NCBI GenBank assembly: GCA_963848965.1
Contig: CAWKFG010000001.1
Coordinates: 32,001-96,000 of the forward strand
DNA length: 64,000 nt
Origin: an uncultured bacterium
GTDB lineage: Bacteria; Babelota; Babeliae; Babelales; Babelaceae
Direction: 5' to 3'
Below the pieces are notes generated by a model that was given only the letters and a program-made list of their open reading frames with translations, made no database searches and had not been told where the DNA came from. Below are positions 52,792 to 63,563 of the stretch, piece after piece (position 1 is the first letter of the stretch; every line of letters begins with the position of its first letter). A program made the translations under genes and the position numbers.

Positions 52792-54342
52792 TTATAGAGT
52801 CCAGACGTACACTTTCTGGCAATTGACGGTAAGAGCTTCATGAGAAATTTTTTCTTGCCAGCTTTTTGTAGGGTCTCTGTCAAAAATAACAAGATGGCCT
52901 TCATGGGCGCCACATATATCTATGTATTCAGCTGTCTGCTTAAGACCATGTTTGAGCGTGTCTTCACCATATTTAATTTTAAGCTCAATAACAAATTTTT
53001 GGTCTTTCCAAGTAACAAAAAGATCTACTCGCTTTGTTCCTAATGAATATTCGCGATGTATGGTTCCTCCACCATTGATAATACGCTGAAGAAACGCCAT
53101 TAAAAGTAAATGCGGAAATGATTCTTGGTACCTTACATGTTGAGACCATACCTGAGAATTTTCTCTAAAAAATTGAGTGAAAGCACTAAGAAGCTTATTC
53201 ATGTCAAGCTTACCAAAGCTATCAAGATACCATTGGGTCTGCTGCATTACCATTTCTTGTAATACTGAAGTAAGAGTTCGTGGAATAACTTCTTGGTAAA
53301 TTGGATTAGCTATAGCAAAGGTATTTTTTTTAATAAGGCCAAGATCTCTTACATATTTAATATCATCGAGATTAAAAGTAGCGAGCTCTGGGCTACCACT
53401 TATAATGGGGTCGATGATTGTACGTACTCTCTCTTCATTGAGTTTATCGAATAAGGAATCAAGGTGGGTATCTTGTCTTAAAATAAGTACTTCTTTAGAT
53501 CGTTCAATTACTTCTTTAGTAATAGGTATCGTTCTATCAGTAATATCTCTAAAACAGGCCTGATATGCAAGGGCATTAACAAGCCATGGTTGTCCTTGCG
53601 TTAAATAGTAAGCATAGTCTATTGCTTCATCTGTAAAGATTTGTCCACTTGCTGTTGTATGCTGAAGGTAAAGATCTTTGACCTGTTCTTGAGAAAAATT
53701 AGAAAGTGTTAAAGATTCTGCTTTAATATTAAAGGGGCTACTCGCAGAAACATAAGCTCCAGACTCTTTAGACCACACTCTATAATCCCTTACATCTCTT
53801 AGACCAATAAGAAATATTGATTGAGGAAAATTATCAGGTCTTTGATTAAAACCGGCTCGTATTTGCCTGAGTACAGAAAGCAAAGAATCACCGATTAAAG
53901 AATCTATTTCGTCAATAAAGAGAACAACAGGTCTCTTTGATGTTTGTGCAAAAAAGCGTAATGCATTAAGCAGAAGGCTTAGCGTAATAGGATGAATCCT
54001 GAACATTTCTTTTAAATGATCAGGGATCTCCTGTTGTTCATGAAGTTGTGTAGCTATTGCTACAGAAAGCTCTTCAACAATAGTAATAAGGGCTTTTTCG
54101 GCATTATCTCGTGCTGCTTGAGCTGGTTCAATGTTGATGTAAAGAGCAGCATATTTATCATTACTGTTAAGGTAGTGTACAAACTCTTCAATGGCAGTAG
54201 TTTTACCACTTTGGCGTGGAGCATGAAGAACAAAATATTCTCTATCTTCAATAAGAGCACTTACATAATCCCAATCAAAACGTTTGGGAATAAAGTAATG
54301 CCGTTCTGGATCAATAGGACCTGCTATACAAAATTTTTTCAT
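52792..54342 (-). CDS. AAA-like ATPase fused to C-terminal PD-(D/E)xK nuclease-like domain
   Basis: APRQSGKTT, LFIDEID, TQGQPWLVN, REYSLGTKRVDL...VIELK...QTAEY. Confidence 0.88.
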   Translation of the reverse strand: MKKFCIAGPIDPERHYFIPKRFDWDYVSALIEDREYFVLHAPRQSGKTTAIEEFVHYLNSNDKYAALYINIEPAQAARDNAEKALITIVEELSVAIATQLHEQQEIPDHLKEMFRIHPITLSLLLNALRFFAQTSKRPVVLFIDEIDSLIGDSLLSVLRQIRAGFNQRPDNFPQSIFLIGLRDVRDYRVWSKESGAYVSASSPFNIKAESLTLSNFSQEQVKDLYLQHTTASGQIFTDEAIDYAYYLTQGQPWLVNALAYQACFRDITDRTIPITKEVIERSKEVLILRQDTHLDSLFDKLNEERVRTIIDPIISGSPELATFNLDDIKYVRDLGLIKKNTFAIANPIYQEVIPRTLTSVLQEMVMQQTQWYLDSFGKLDMNKLLSAFTQFFRENSQVWSQHVRYQESFPHLLLMAFLQRIINGGGTIHREYSLGTKRVDLFVTWKDQKFVIELKIKYGEDTLKHGLKQTAEYIDICGAHEGHLVIFDRDPTKSWQEKISHEALTVNCQKVYVWTL

Positions 54343-54460
54343 GAAGATGCTCTCAAAAGTACTATTAATTCTATTTAATTCTATATCATTTTAGATATGA
54401 TTAGCAAGGTGCCGATTTTATACAGCATGTGCTGTAGCGAGCGAGCACTATTACTTCCGC

Positions 54461-56683
54461 TTAAAGCGCAGGTTCAATAAAGCGAACATCTAACTTTTTA
54501 ATGCCTGTAATAAAGCGTGCAGTAACATAGGTAGTATCACTCTTTTTTTCTATTTTTTGAATAATACCTTTACCAAAGCTTTTATGTATAACTGATTGGT
54601 TAATATACCATTCATCTTCTGATGCGAGAGTGATTGGTTCTTGGTGAATGATCTGCTCTTGAGGTACTAATTTTTGAGAGTTGCTGATCCATTGAGAGAA
54701 ATACTGGCTAAACTCATGAGTACTCCAATGAGAGCATTCATGCCTTTGTACATGCCCGTGTGGTATCTCGTCAAGAAAACGAGAAGGACGTTGATCAGTC
54801 ATTTGACCATAAGTATAGCGGTATCTTGTATGGGTAAGCAGTAACCTCTCACGAGCTCGAGTAATACCTACATACAAAAGACGGCGTTCCTCTTCAAGTG
54901 TCTCTGGTTGATATAATGCATGGCCGCTTGGTAGAACTCCTTCTTCAATGCCGGTAAGCATAACAGTATCAAATTCAAGGCCTTTAGCTGCATGGAGTGT
55001 CATGAGTCGTACTTGATCATGATTTTCTTCTTTAGCTGCCATCTGTTCTTGTAAAAGAGCTACATCTTCAAGAAACTTTTCAAGATTTTGCTGTGTTTTC
55101 TCTTCAAAGAAGAGTATGCCATTTAGAAGTTCTTTAACGTTCTCTCTTTTTGCTTCTGCCTCTTCTTTTTCAAATGATTCACGCAAATAGCTGTAATAGT
55201 TCGTCTTTTGAATGATTGTTGTAAGTGCGTCGCTTGCTTTAGTTGCAGGTGAAATATCCTCAAACACAGAAAGAAAGTTTTTTAAGGATTCTTGCTTTGC
55301 TCGAGTAAGCTTTTGTTCTGCTAGAAGTATATGAGCAACATCAGTAAACTTAAGAAAAGGTTGTTCGTCCCAAATAGCATAAAAGAGCTCTTCAAATTTA
55401 TCTCCCAGCCCTCGCTGTGGACTATTAATAACACGAGAGAATGCAAGCCGGTCAAAAGGATTTATTATAAGGCGTAAATACGCAAGAAGATCTTTAATTT
55501 CAAGTCTATCATAGAACTGAATACCACCAATAATTTTATAGGCAATCCCATGTCTAAGCATAGCTTCTTCAAGTGCACGTGATAGAAAATGAGATCTATA
55601 GAGTATAGCGTGTGTGTGCTCAGGATATTTTTTTTGTAAATGTTTGAGAAAAAGTGCTAATGCTTCACCTTCTTGGTATCCAGAATTACAGGTCAAAAGC
55701 CTAATGCGATCATGAGCTTCGCGTTGGGACCATAAGCGTTTAGGGTTGCGGTACGAGTTATTTTTAATAATCTCATTTGCTATATGCAAAATAGGTTGTA
55801 CTGATCTATAATTTTGTTCAATAGTGATAGCAACTGTTGAAGGAAAATCTTTTCCAAAATTTATAATATTGGTAACAGTTGCTCCGCGCCAAGAGTAAAT
55901 TGACTGATCTTCATCACCAACAACACACAATGAATCAAGAGCAAATTCTTGCTGCTCGTTTTGTACGAGTGCTTTAAGCAGTGCATGTTGTACTCTATTG
56001 GTATCTTGGTACTCATCTACAAGCACATGGCGCACTTGACGCTGAAAAGCAGCTTTAAATGTCGGATGTTTTTCAAAAAGCTGGAGTGTATGAGTAAGAA
56101 GATCATCAAAGTCAAGACAATGAGCAGCTGTCTTTTGTTGCTCATAAGCAAAATAGAGATCACGAAGTAATGGATCATAACTATAAAGCTCTTGGCGTTC
56201 ATCATGAGTTACTGCTTCGTTTTTAATACGAGAAATAAACGAGATAACCTGTTTTGGTGCTATTCTTTTAGTAAAACTATATTTATGTAAAATACCACGA
56301 ATAAGCTTTTCTTGATCACTTTCGTCAAGAAGCGAAAATACGCCCATAGGAAGCAAATGAGAATTGCTTTTTAAAAGTTTAAGACAGTAGGAGTGGAAAG
56401 TACCTACATACGGCAGTCGTGAATCTTCTCCTAAAAAGTTTTGAATACGCTCTTTCATTTCCCGTGCTGCTTTATTGGTAAAAGTAAGAGCAAGCACTTC
56501 ATGAGGCTGTACTCGATGATTAAGAATAAGGTATGCCATACGAGCAGTAATTACTCGTGTTTTACCAGATCCTGCGCCAGCGCACACTAAAAGAATGCCA
56601 TCTTTAGGCGCTACAACTTCCTGTTGCTCAGGATTTAAAGAGAGCTCGAAAAAGTCATTAAATGTTTGATAGATAGTACTCAT
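54461..56683 (-). CDS. uvrD: ATP-dependent DNA helicase UvrD/PcrA
   Basis: AGAGSGKT, TFTNKAAREM, VDEYQDTN, VGDEDQSIYSWRGA, TLHAAKGLEF, EERRLLYVGITRA. Confidence 0.96.
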   Translation of the reverse strand: MSTIYQTFNDFFELSLNPEQQEVVAPKDGILLVCAGAGSGKTRVITARMAYLILNHRVQPHEVLALTFTNKAAREMKERIQNFLGEDSRLPYVGTFHSYCLKLLKSNSHLLPMGVFSLLDESDQEKLIRGILHKYSFTKRIAPKQVISFISRIKNEAVTHDERQELYSYDPLLRDLYFAYEQQKTAAHCLDFDDLLTHTLQLFEKHPTFKAAFQRQVRHVLVDEYQDTNRVQHALLKALVQNEQQEFALDSLCVVGDEDQSIYSWRGATVTNIINFGKDFPSTVAITIEQNYRSVQPILHIANEIIKNNSYRNPKRLWSQREAHDRIRLLTCNSGYQEGEALALFLKHLQKKYPEHTHAILYRSHFLSRALEEAMLRHGIAYKIIGGIQFYDRLEIKDLLAYLRLIINPFDRLAFSRVINSPQRGLGDKFEELFYAIWDEQPFLKFTDVAHILLAEQKLTRAKQESLKNFLSVFEDISPATKASDALTTIIQKTNYYSYLRESFEKEEAEAKRENVKELLNGILFFEEKTQQNLEKFLEDVALLQEQMAAKEENHDQVRLMTLHAAKGLEFDTVMLTGIEEGVLPSGHALYQPETLEEERRLLYVGITRARERLLLTHTRYRYTYGQMTDQRPSRFLDEIPHGHVQRHECSHWSTHEFSQYFSQWISNSQKLVPQEQIIHQEPITLASEDEWYINQSVIHKSFGKGIIQKIEKKSDTTYVTARFITGIKKLDVRFIEPAL

Positions 56684-56815
56684 AGTTGTTATAGTTATTG
56701 TTGAGCGTAACTCTGTCTATACTACCGTTTTTTATGATTTTTGGCAAAGAACTTTTGGCAATTAAGATTCAAAATTAAAAGAAGCAGGTTTTCAATCTTG
56801 CTTGGTGCGTAAAGG

Positions 56816-56836
56816 AGGGAGCACAATGTGCTCCCT
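56816..56836 (-). terminator. Terminator hairpin after ankyrin gene
   Basis: AGGGAGCACA-A-TGTGCTCCCT. Confidence 0.65.
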
Positions 56837-56851
56837 TTGAGTATAGTAGAG

Positions 56852-57724
56852 TTATTTTTTATCTATGTTCATAAGAAATTTGATCATGCCAAACTTGTTG
56901 TTCCCTATTGCTTGTATAAGACATTTTTGCATAAGTGCTGGCCTTATATCAGTGCTATCGCAAGGAGTATGGCTCAGAAGCATAAGGGCAATCTTTGTGT
57001 TCCCTAACTTAAATGCTAACTCAAAGCAACTAAGACCTGCTTTGTCTGTAAGGTATCCAAGATAGGGATTAAGTTGGAGTAAAGTTTTAACTACTTTCGT
57101 TTTATTGCTAAGAATCGCAAGATGTAAAGGAGTATTGCCTGCATCATCTTTTATAGAAAGCGCTATACCTTCTTGAGCAAGAGTAATGATTTCATTGCAA
57201 TTAGATGAGTTTACTGCGTTAAAAAGACGTTCTCTAAGTTGCAACCATTGAGCAATGAAAGGAATACTCCTCCTTTGTGCAGTTTCTAAAGGGCTAAGTC
57301 CAAATTTACTCCATTTGGATGACCAGTCTGCACCGTGGTTAAGTAATAAGTAAATGAGCTTTTTATTGTTATGAATAGCTGCAGCGTCTAAAGCAGACAT
57401 AGAATCTAATTGTCTTCTATAGTTAACCTGTACATAGGGCTGTAAAAGTAGAAACTCTACTACTGCTAGAGCGCGGCCTCCTGTCAGACAAGCATTAAGG
57501 AGTGCACCATGAATAGCTTTTAAGTGTTCATCATTGTGTATGTCAAGTTGTCCTAAACATTTTTGTACCTTTTCAAGATTAGCTTCAGAACCGGCAAACA
57601 TAATGAGTTCTACTAGGTTAGTAGGTTGTACTACTTCAATATATCCTGTAGTATGCATAAAGGCTGTACAAGTGCCTGCTATACTACATAGTGAAGAGAG
57701 GGCTAAGAAGATTATTTTATACAT
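56852..57724 (-). CDS. Secreted ankyrin-repeat protein
   Basis: Signal peptide; SALDAAA, GNTPLHLAI, GLSCFELA repeats. Confidence 0.9.
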   Translation of the reverse strand: MYKIIFLALSSLCSIAGTCTAFMHTTGYIEVVQPTNLVELIMFAGSEANLEKVQKCLGQLDIHNDEHLKAIHGALLNACLTGGRALAVVEFLLLQPYVQVNYRRQLDSMSALDAAAIHNNKKLIYLLLNHGADWSSKWSKFGLSPLETAQRRSIPFIAQWLQLRERLFNAVNSSNCNEIITLAQEGIALSIKDDAGNTPLHLAILSNKTKVVKTLLQLNPYLGYLTDKAGLSCFELAFKLGNTKIALMLLSHTPCDSTDIRPALMQKCLIQAIGNNKFGMIKFLMNIDKK

Positions 57725-57952
57725 AAAAGACCTTTCATTAAATAATTTAATATTACTATTTATAATAATTGTTACCCTGACTTTGTCAATAACTAATTAT
57801 TTTTGCTGTTTTTTAAATCTTTAAAAGCATACGCTTGCTTGACAAGTTGAATCATAGATTTATAATGTTAAATATCAAATACAAACTGTATAATAAATCA
57901 GAGCACTTGCGAGTAAAAATATACCAGTTTTTACTTTTCCTAAGGAGTATCT

Positions 57953-60900
57953 ATGAATCGTGCACTCTTACTTACTTTAAGTGCATTTTTTGCTTTACAT
58001 TCTTATACCTATGCTATGAAAAGGGCTCCTGAGCCTAAGATGAAAGTGGAAGCTGCTAAAAAGTCTAAAGGTGACTGGAGAGCACTTCTTATGAGCGCTG
58101 CTGCAAAAGGAAATATAAATATCTTGCAGGCGCTTGCTAGAAAGAAGATTGATTTTAACACAAAAGATGCAACTGGCTATAGCCCATTAATGCATGCAAT
58201 TATCAACGGTCATAAAGATGCCGTAGTATGGCTTGTAAAAATGAACGCAAATGTTAATGTGCAAGCAGGCGGGCTAAGTGCTTTAATGTTAGCGATAATT
58301 CATAATCATAAAGACATTATAACTTTTTTAATTGAAGCAAGGGCTCATATAAACGTTCACGATGCTATCGGTTGGACTCCTTTAGTGTATGCAGTAAGAG
58401 CAGGTCATAAAGAAGTTATTTGCTATTTATTAGCTAAAGGAGCTGATCCTCTTGTGTGTGACAGAGCAGGTTGGACACTTCTTATGCATGCAGCATTTGA
58501 AGGTCATAAAGAGATAATTGAACTACTTATTCAACAGCGCGTTGCTGTTAACATACATGATTCTGCTGGTGTCAATGCTCTTATGATTGCTGCAAAACAG
58601 GGTCGTAAAGATGCTGTTGAACGATTGCTTGTACATGGAGCCAAAAGTAATAGCCAGGATAGTGCAGGAATGACTGCTTTAATGTATGCTGTACAAGGCG
58701 ATCCATTTCAAGAAATAGATAGTGCTACAGTAGTAGAGAATTTTTATGAAGCTATGGAGGTAACAGGTGAAAAGCCTCTTATATCTGCTGAACAAAGGAC
58801 TACTCCTTTTATAAAACGAGGAGATCATGAAGCTGTTATAGAACTTCTCCTTAAATGTGGCGCTCAAGTTCAGCTACGTGATAAAAAAAGTCGTACTGCT
58901 CTTATGCTTGCAGCAGAGGCTGGCAATAAAGCTGCAATTGAACTATTGCTCTCTTATAAAGCGTCCGTGAACGATAAAGATGCAGATGGTATGACTGCTT
59001 TAAACTATGCTCAAAAAAATGGTTATGAAGAGCTAGTACGCATTCTTTTGACACATGAAAATCAAGCAGCAGAGTCGATTGATGCTGCTCAATTACTTAA
59101 AAAAATGAAAACAGAAGCTGAGCAAGGTGTTAAGAAGCTTGTTATGGGTAAGGAAAATCCACAAGCTAGGCTTAATGCTACGTTATTACTTGTGGCGCAA
59201 CAAGGAAAGATTGATGTTATAGAAGATCTACTTAATAAAAAAGCAGACATTAATGTACCTGATGATAAAGGCCGTACGCCGCTTATGCTTGCTCTTGCAG
59301 CAAATCATAAAGATGCTGTAGCTCTTCTTATAAAAAAAGGAGCAAACGTACAGCTACAAGATGTAAAAGGTAACACTTCTTTAATGTATGCTGTAGCACA
59401 ATCCAATAGAGAAACTATTAGTGCACTCCTTGAGGCAGGTGCAGATAGTAATGTGCAAAATACCTTAGGAGAAAGTGCTTTAAAGATTGCTCTTGTAAGT
59501 AAAAATAAAGATATCATAGAGATGCTCCTTAAGAAGGCTACTTTTGTTGATATTCAAGATACGAAAGGAAGAACTCCTTTAATGACTGCAGCTCAATACA
59601 ATACCCTTGATGGTATTGACCTGTTACTTCAAAAAGGCGCAGACGTAAATGCACAAGCTCAAGGTGGTATGACTCCATTATTATTTGCAGCTCAACAAGG
59701 GCATTTAGAAGCAGTAAAAAAGCTTGTAAGTGCAGGTGCTTACGTAAACGTAAAAAACTATAGAGGAGCAACAGCTCTTGTTTATGCTATGACTGGTGGA
59801 CACAAAGGGATAGTAGAATTTTTACTTACCTGTGGAGCAGACGTAAATATTATTTTTAAAGATGTGTCTACAAACGCAGAAGGTACTAGTATTCTTCGTT
59901 CTGAAGGAATTACTCCCCTTATTTATGCTTGCCAGCTTGGTAATAAAAACTTAGTAGAGCTTTTTCTTGCAAGAAGAGCCTTTGTTAATGCTCAAGATGC
60001 TCGAGGAAATACTGCACTTATAGAGGCAGTGAAGCAAGGAGATAAAGAGATTGTAGATCTTCTTCTTAAGTATAATGCTCATGTTAATGCACGCAATAAT
60101 GAAGGAAGAACGTCACTCATGTTTGCTGCAGATAAAGGACATCAAGAGATAGCGTTAACTCTTTTAGAGAAAGGTGCATTTGTTAATGCACAGGATAATG
60201 ATGGTTGTACTGCCTTGGTACGAGCAGCGAATAATGGGCATCATGCAGTAGTATATCTGTTAATATATTATAGAGCAGATATTCGTTGTGGTATTACTGC
60301 TCAAGGGGATACTGCTTTAATACTTGCAGCCAGAAATGGACACACATCTGTTGTATCGTTATTGCTTTCGTATGAAGATTCAGGAACTACCTATGTTAAC
60401 ACCTGTAATAAACAGGGAGTTGCTGCTTTAGCGTATGCTCTAGAGAAACAACACAAAGATATAGTTAAACTTTTGTTAGCAGCACATGCAGATGTTGCTG
60501 TTAAAGATGCAGCAGGAGCGACTCCCTTAACACTTGCAGTGATAAAAGGTGATGAAGAGCTTGTTAGCCTCTGTTTACAAGCAAATCCTCATAAACAGCA
60601 TAGTCTTAATATAGCGTTAATTGTAGCAGCTAGGGTAGGCAACGTTGCTCTTGCACAATGGCTTAAAGAGCAGGGTGCTCACGTTAATCACAAAGATAGT
60701 ACAGGAAGACCTTTATTAATGAGTGCAGCTTTTGCTGGTAGTTCCGGAGCAGTAACTATTCTCCTTAACTTAGAAGCTGACATAAATGCTACTGATGTTG
60801 ATGGTAATACTGCTTTAATGGTAGCCGCAGCTAAAGGGCATACAGATGTACTTGCTCTCCTTCTTAAACGTAATGCAGATGTAAAAGTTCGTAACAAAAG

Positions 60901-61189
60901 TGGTATTACTGCTCTCTTATTTGCAGCAAGCAATGGTTATAAAGAGATAGTAGAGCTTCTTTTAAATAACGGTGCAGATAGTAATGAATGTGATGATAAG
61001 GGTAATAGTGCTTTGTACCATGCAGTGAAGAAAAATCGCTTGGAAATAGCAATGCTGCTCTTTTCTCGAGGTGCTGATATGTATCATGCCAATAAAAAAG
61101 GTAATGTTGCTCTAGTGAAGGCTTTGAAAAAAGGTTATTCAGAGCTGGCAGATCTTCTTTTGCTTTGTGAAGAGCTGCCAGCAAAATAA
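57953..61189 (+). CDS. Large secreted ankyrin-repeat protein (>25 repeats)
   Basis: Signal peptide; long run of GxTxLMxAAxxGHxxxVxxLLxxGAxVN repeats. Confidence 0.96.
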   Translation: MNRALLLTLSAFFALHSYTYAMKRAPEPKMKVEAAKKSKGDWRALLMSAAAKGNINILQALARKKIDFNTKDATGYSPLMHAIINGHKDAVVWLVKMNANVNVQAGGLSALMLAIIHNHKDIITFLIEARAHINVHDAIGWTPLVYAVRAGHKEVICYLLAKGADPLVCDRAGWTLLMHAAFEGHKEIIELLIQQRVAVNIHDSAGVNALMIAAKQGRKDAVERLLVHGAKSNSQDSAGMTALMYAVQGDPFQEIDSATVVENFYEAMEVTGEKPLISAEQRTTPFIKRGDHEAVIELLLKCGAQVQLRDKKSRTALMLAAEAGNKAAIELLLSYKASVNDKDADGMTALNYAQKNGYEELVRILLTHENQAAESIDAAQLLKKMKTEAEQGVKKLVMGKENPQARLNATLLLVAQQGKIDVIEDLLNKKADINVPDDKGRTPLMLALAANHKDAVALLIKKGANVQLQDVKGNTSLMYAVAQSNRETISALLEAGADSNVQNTLGESALKIALVSKNKDIIEMLLKKATFVDIQDTKGRTPLMTAAQYNTLDGIDLLLQKGADVNAQAQGGMTPLLFAAQQGHLEAVKKLVSAGAYVNVKNYRGATALVYAMTGGHKGIVEFLLTCGADVNIIFKDVSTNAEGTSILRSEGITPLIYACQLGNKNLVELFLARRAFVNAQDARGNTALIEAVKQGDKEIVDLLLKYNAHVNARNNEGRTSLMFAADKGHQEIALTLLEKGAFVNAQDNDGCTALVRAANNGHHAVVYLLIYYRADIRCGITAQGDTALILAARNGHTSVVSLLLSYEDSGTTYVNTCNKQGVAALAYALEKQHKDIVKLLLAAHADVAVKDAAGATPLTLAVIKGDEELVSLCLQANPHKQHSLNIALIVAARVGNVALAQWLKEQGAHVNHKDSTGRPLLMSAAFAGSSGAVTILLNLEADINATDVDGNTALMVAAAKGHTDVLALLLKRNADVKVRNKSGITALLFAASNGYKEIVELLLNNGADSNECDDKGNSALYHAVKKNRLEIAMLLFSRGADMYHANKKGNVALVKALKKGYSELADLLLLCEELPAK

Positions 61190-61201
61190 TCTTGTGTTGC
61201 T

Positions 61202-63436
61202 TTAAGCTGCAGGTGCTGCTTTAGGAGGAGCTATCATATCCTTTATTTTGCATCCTGCATATATAAGGGCTGACAGAGCTATGTGAGAAACGATAGCTGA
61301 AGCAGTATGATTAACCATAGATCTAAAATCGAACAACTTAGGTTCATTCTTGCGTTCTTCTTTTTTCTCTTTTTGAATCTCATTTTTTGTTTTCTCAAGT
61401 GCTTTATGTAAATGAGTTCCTGCTACTTTATCAGCTTTATTTCTTCGTGCAATGATAACAGCTTGGTTTACCATAATTTCAAGCTCACGACCACTGACTG
61501 TATCTGTTATTGAAGAGAGTTCCTTGCAAAGGGATTCGTCTTCCATGCCCAATTTAGATAAATAGTGGCGTATAATGGTTTCACGAGCCTGTAAATCTGG
61601 TAACGGTATTTCAAGACAATAGTTTCTACACCTGCTTTTTGTAGTAGCATCGATAGCACTATAGCGATTTGTAGCACCAATAACAAATATATTAGGATCT
61701 TTCTTATCAAGTTCATTATTAAAGATTTGAAGAAGATCTGTCCGCTGTTTTTCTTTTGTTGAAGTAGCTAAAATAGCATCTATTTCATCAATAAAGATGA
61801 TAACAGGCTGTTGCAGATTGCGAGCGTCCTCAAAGATTTTGCGTAATCGCTTTACACCTTCGCCATAGTATTTATTTAAAAGTGACGATGCAACTACTTC
61901 AGTGTAAAGTCTATCTGTTTCATGTGCAATAAGTCGAGCAAGCGTAGTTTTACCAGTTCCTGGAGGGCCATAGAGAAGCATCATAGGAGGAAGGAAAGTA
62001 AGACCCATAGCACGATACGTTTGTCTGTTTTTAAGGATATCTATGATATCTTCTACTGTTTCAGGTAAAGCGCCCGCATAGTCATCGCGTGTTATCAATG
62101 ACTTTACAAAAGTTACTTCTGGAAGCTTTTTTTCATTATCTACCAATGTTTGTTGGGCATTGTGTACTGATTGTGGTATTGTAATTGCTGGTGATTCTGG
62201 CGCTTCAGATGAGTTTTTTCCAGTAAGATGGTGTAAGAGCTTTGTAGCAAATTCTTTTGTTTCTGAAGTTGTATGAGTATTAGAGTCTGCAAAAAGATAT
62301 TGTGTAGAATTCTTGCTTTTATTGACAACACAAACGAACCAGCGTGTGTTATAGTGAACAAAGAGAATAGTAATAAAGGAACATGTAGGATCTTGTAGTT
62401 TTTGTACTAAATCTTTGAGTTTATACTCAAGATGATTAGAAAAGCTGCTGTTTTCTGGCATTCCTTCAAGGTATATAATAGGTATTATATTTAAAAGGGG
62501 AGATAGTAAATCCATAGAATGAGCATCTTCTGTACGTTCGCGCTCAAGTTGAACAAGCTTTTCAACTTCTTGTTGTGTAAGCCACGTGCCAGGTGCCTCT
62601 ACTTTTTCTTTGGGATTTACTATGCGGTGTGAATAACTTCTTTTATATGCACTTTGGTGCTCAGAAATAATACGATTATCATCTTTAACGATAAAGGAGA
62701 TTAGTTGTAATGTGGGTAAAAGGTTTTTAAGGTGCTGTACATCACACAAGCTTTTATAAGAAGAAACATCTGAATATTCACTTGCGTGATTCAACTTCTG
62801 TTCTATGAGCTTGTTAAGAGTAGCTGCAATATCATCGAAGGTAAAATGGTACTGGTGGTAGTTATCTTGAGAGTATTTTTCCTTGAAAAGGAGAGCCTTT
62901 GTCTTTACAGGCCCTGTAGTGACAAGCTGGTGTGCAAGAGTTGGTAAAAGAGCGATAAAAGCTTTGCGATCTTGTTCGTTATCAATGGACTCTAAAGATA
63001 TCCATCGATCTGTACATGAAAGCTTTACTTTTTTATTACTGGCAGATGATTTAGTAACTACTGATGCTCCTGCTAAAGCAGTTAAAAGAGTATCCCTTAC
63101 AAAATCTTGGGCAAACTGTTGTCTGCGCTGCTCTACAATATACGCTTTCCATGGCGCTGTTTTTTCTCCAAAGAGCTTTTTTACAAGAGTACTGTCTGTA
63201 AGTTGAGAGCATACAGATTCCCGCTCTAGAGGTTCGCTTACAATAAGCTTGCATAAAATAAGCGCATTTTTAAGGGCATGATAACCACTATTACCTTCTC
63301 CTATTTCATCTTCATCAAAGTGACTTTTTACTTTTACAAAAAGAGGAACATGTGTCGCTTGGCTAGCAGAATAGAGCTCGGTGCTTAAGCAAGTAAGGAT
63401 AGAACATAAGGTAAAAAATAAAGCGCATTTAAACAT
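61202..63436 (-). CDS. Secreted protein with C-terminal classic AAA ATPase and N-terminal papain-like pseudo-protease region
   Basis: Signal peptide; GPPGTGKT, KYYGEG pore loop, IFIDEID, ATNR...SR; C-terminal hydrophobic segment; N-terminal GNSGYHALKNA. Confidence 0.8.
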   Translation of the reverse strand: MFKCALFFTLCSILTCLSTELYSASQATHVPLFVKVKSHFDEDEIGEGNSGYHALKNALILCKLIVSEPLERESVCSQLTDSTLVKKLFGEKTAPWKAYIVEQRRQQFAQDFVRDTLLTALAGASVVTKSSASNKKVKLSCTDRWISLESIDNEQDRKAFIALLPTLAHQLVTTGPVKTKALLFKEKYSQDNYHQYHFTFDDIAATLNKLIEQKLNHASEYSDVSSYKSLCDVQHLKNLLPTLQLISFIVKDDNRIISEHQSAYKRSYSHRIVNPKEKVEAPGTWLTQQEVEKLVQLERERTEDAHSMDLLSPLLNIIPIIYLEGMPENSSFSNHLEYKLKDLVQKLQDPTCSFITILFVHYNTRWFVCVVNKSKNSTQYLFADSNTHTTSETKEFATKLLHHLTGKNSSEAPESPAITIPQSVHNAQQTLVDNEKKLPEVTFVKSLITRDDYAGALPETVEDIIDILKNRQTYRAMGLTFLPPMMLLYGPPGTGKTTLARLIAHETDRLYTEVVASSLLNKYYGEGVKRLRKIFEDARNLQQPVIIFIDEIDAILATSTKEKQRTDLLQIFNNELDKKDPNIFVIGATNRYSAIDATTKSRCRNYCLEIPLPDLQARETIIRHYLSKLGMEDESLCKELSSITDTVSGRELEIMVNQAVIIARRNKADKVAGTHLHKALEKTKNEIQKEKKEERKNEPKLFDFRSMVNHTASAIVSHIALSALIYAGCKIKDMIAPPKAAPAA

Positions 63437-63563
63437 AAGGTATCTCTCTACTAATAATATTCTACAATGCTTTTAGTATTGCAACTTTTTATTGGCAATT
63501 CAACAGGTAGCAATTTTAGTGCTATGACGCATTTTTAAAGTCCAGGGCATCATAGCGTTACTG

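Noticed and set aside
52792..54342. AAA + PD-(D/E)xK gene as a mobile element or defined defence system
   Set aside because: No flanking repeats or partner genes; stand-alone members of this family are common and their function cannot be inferred here
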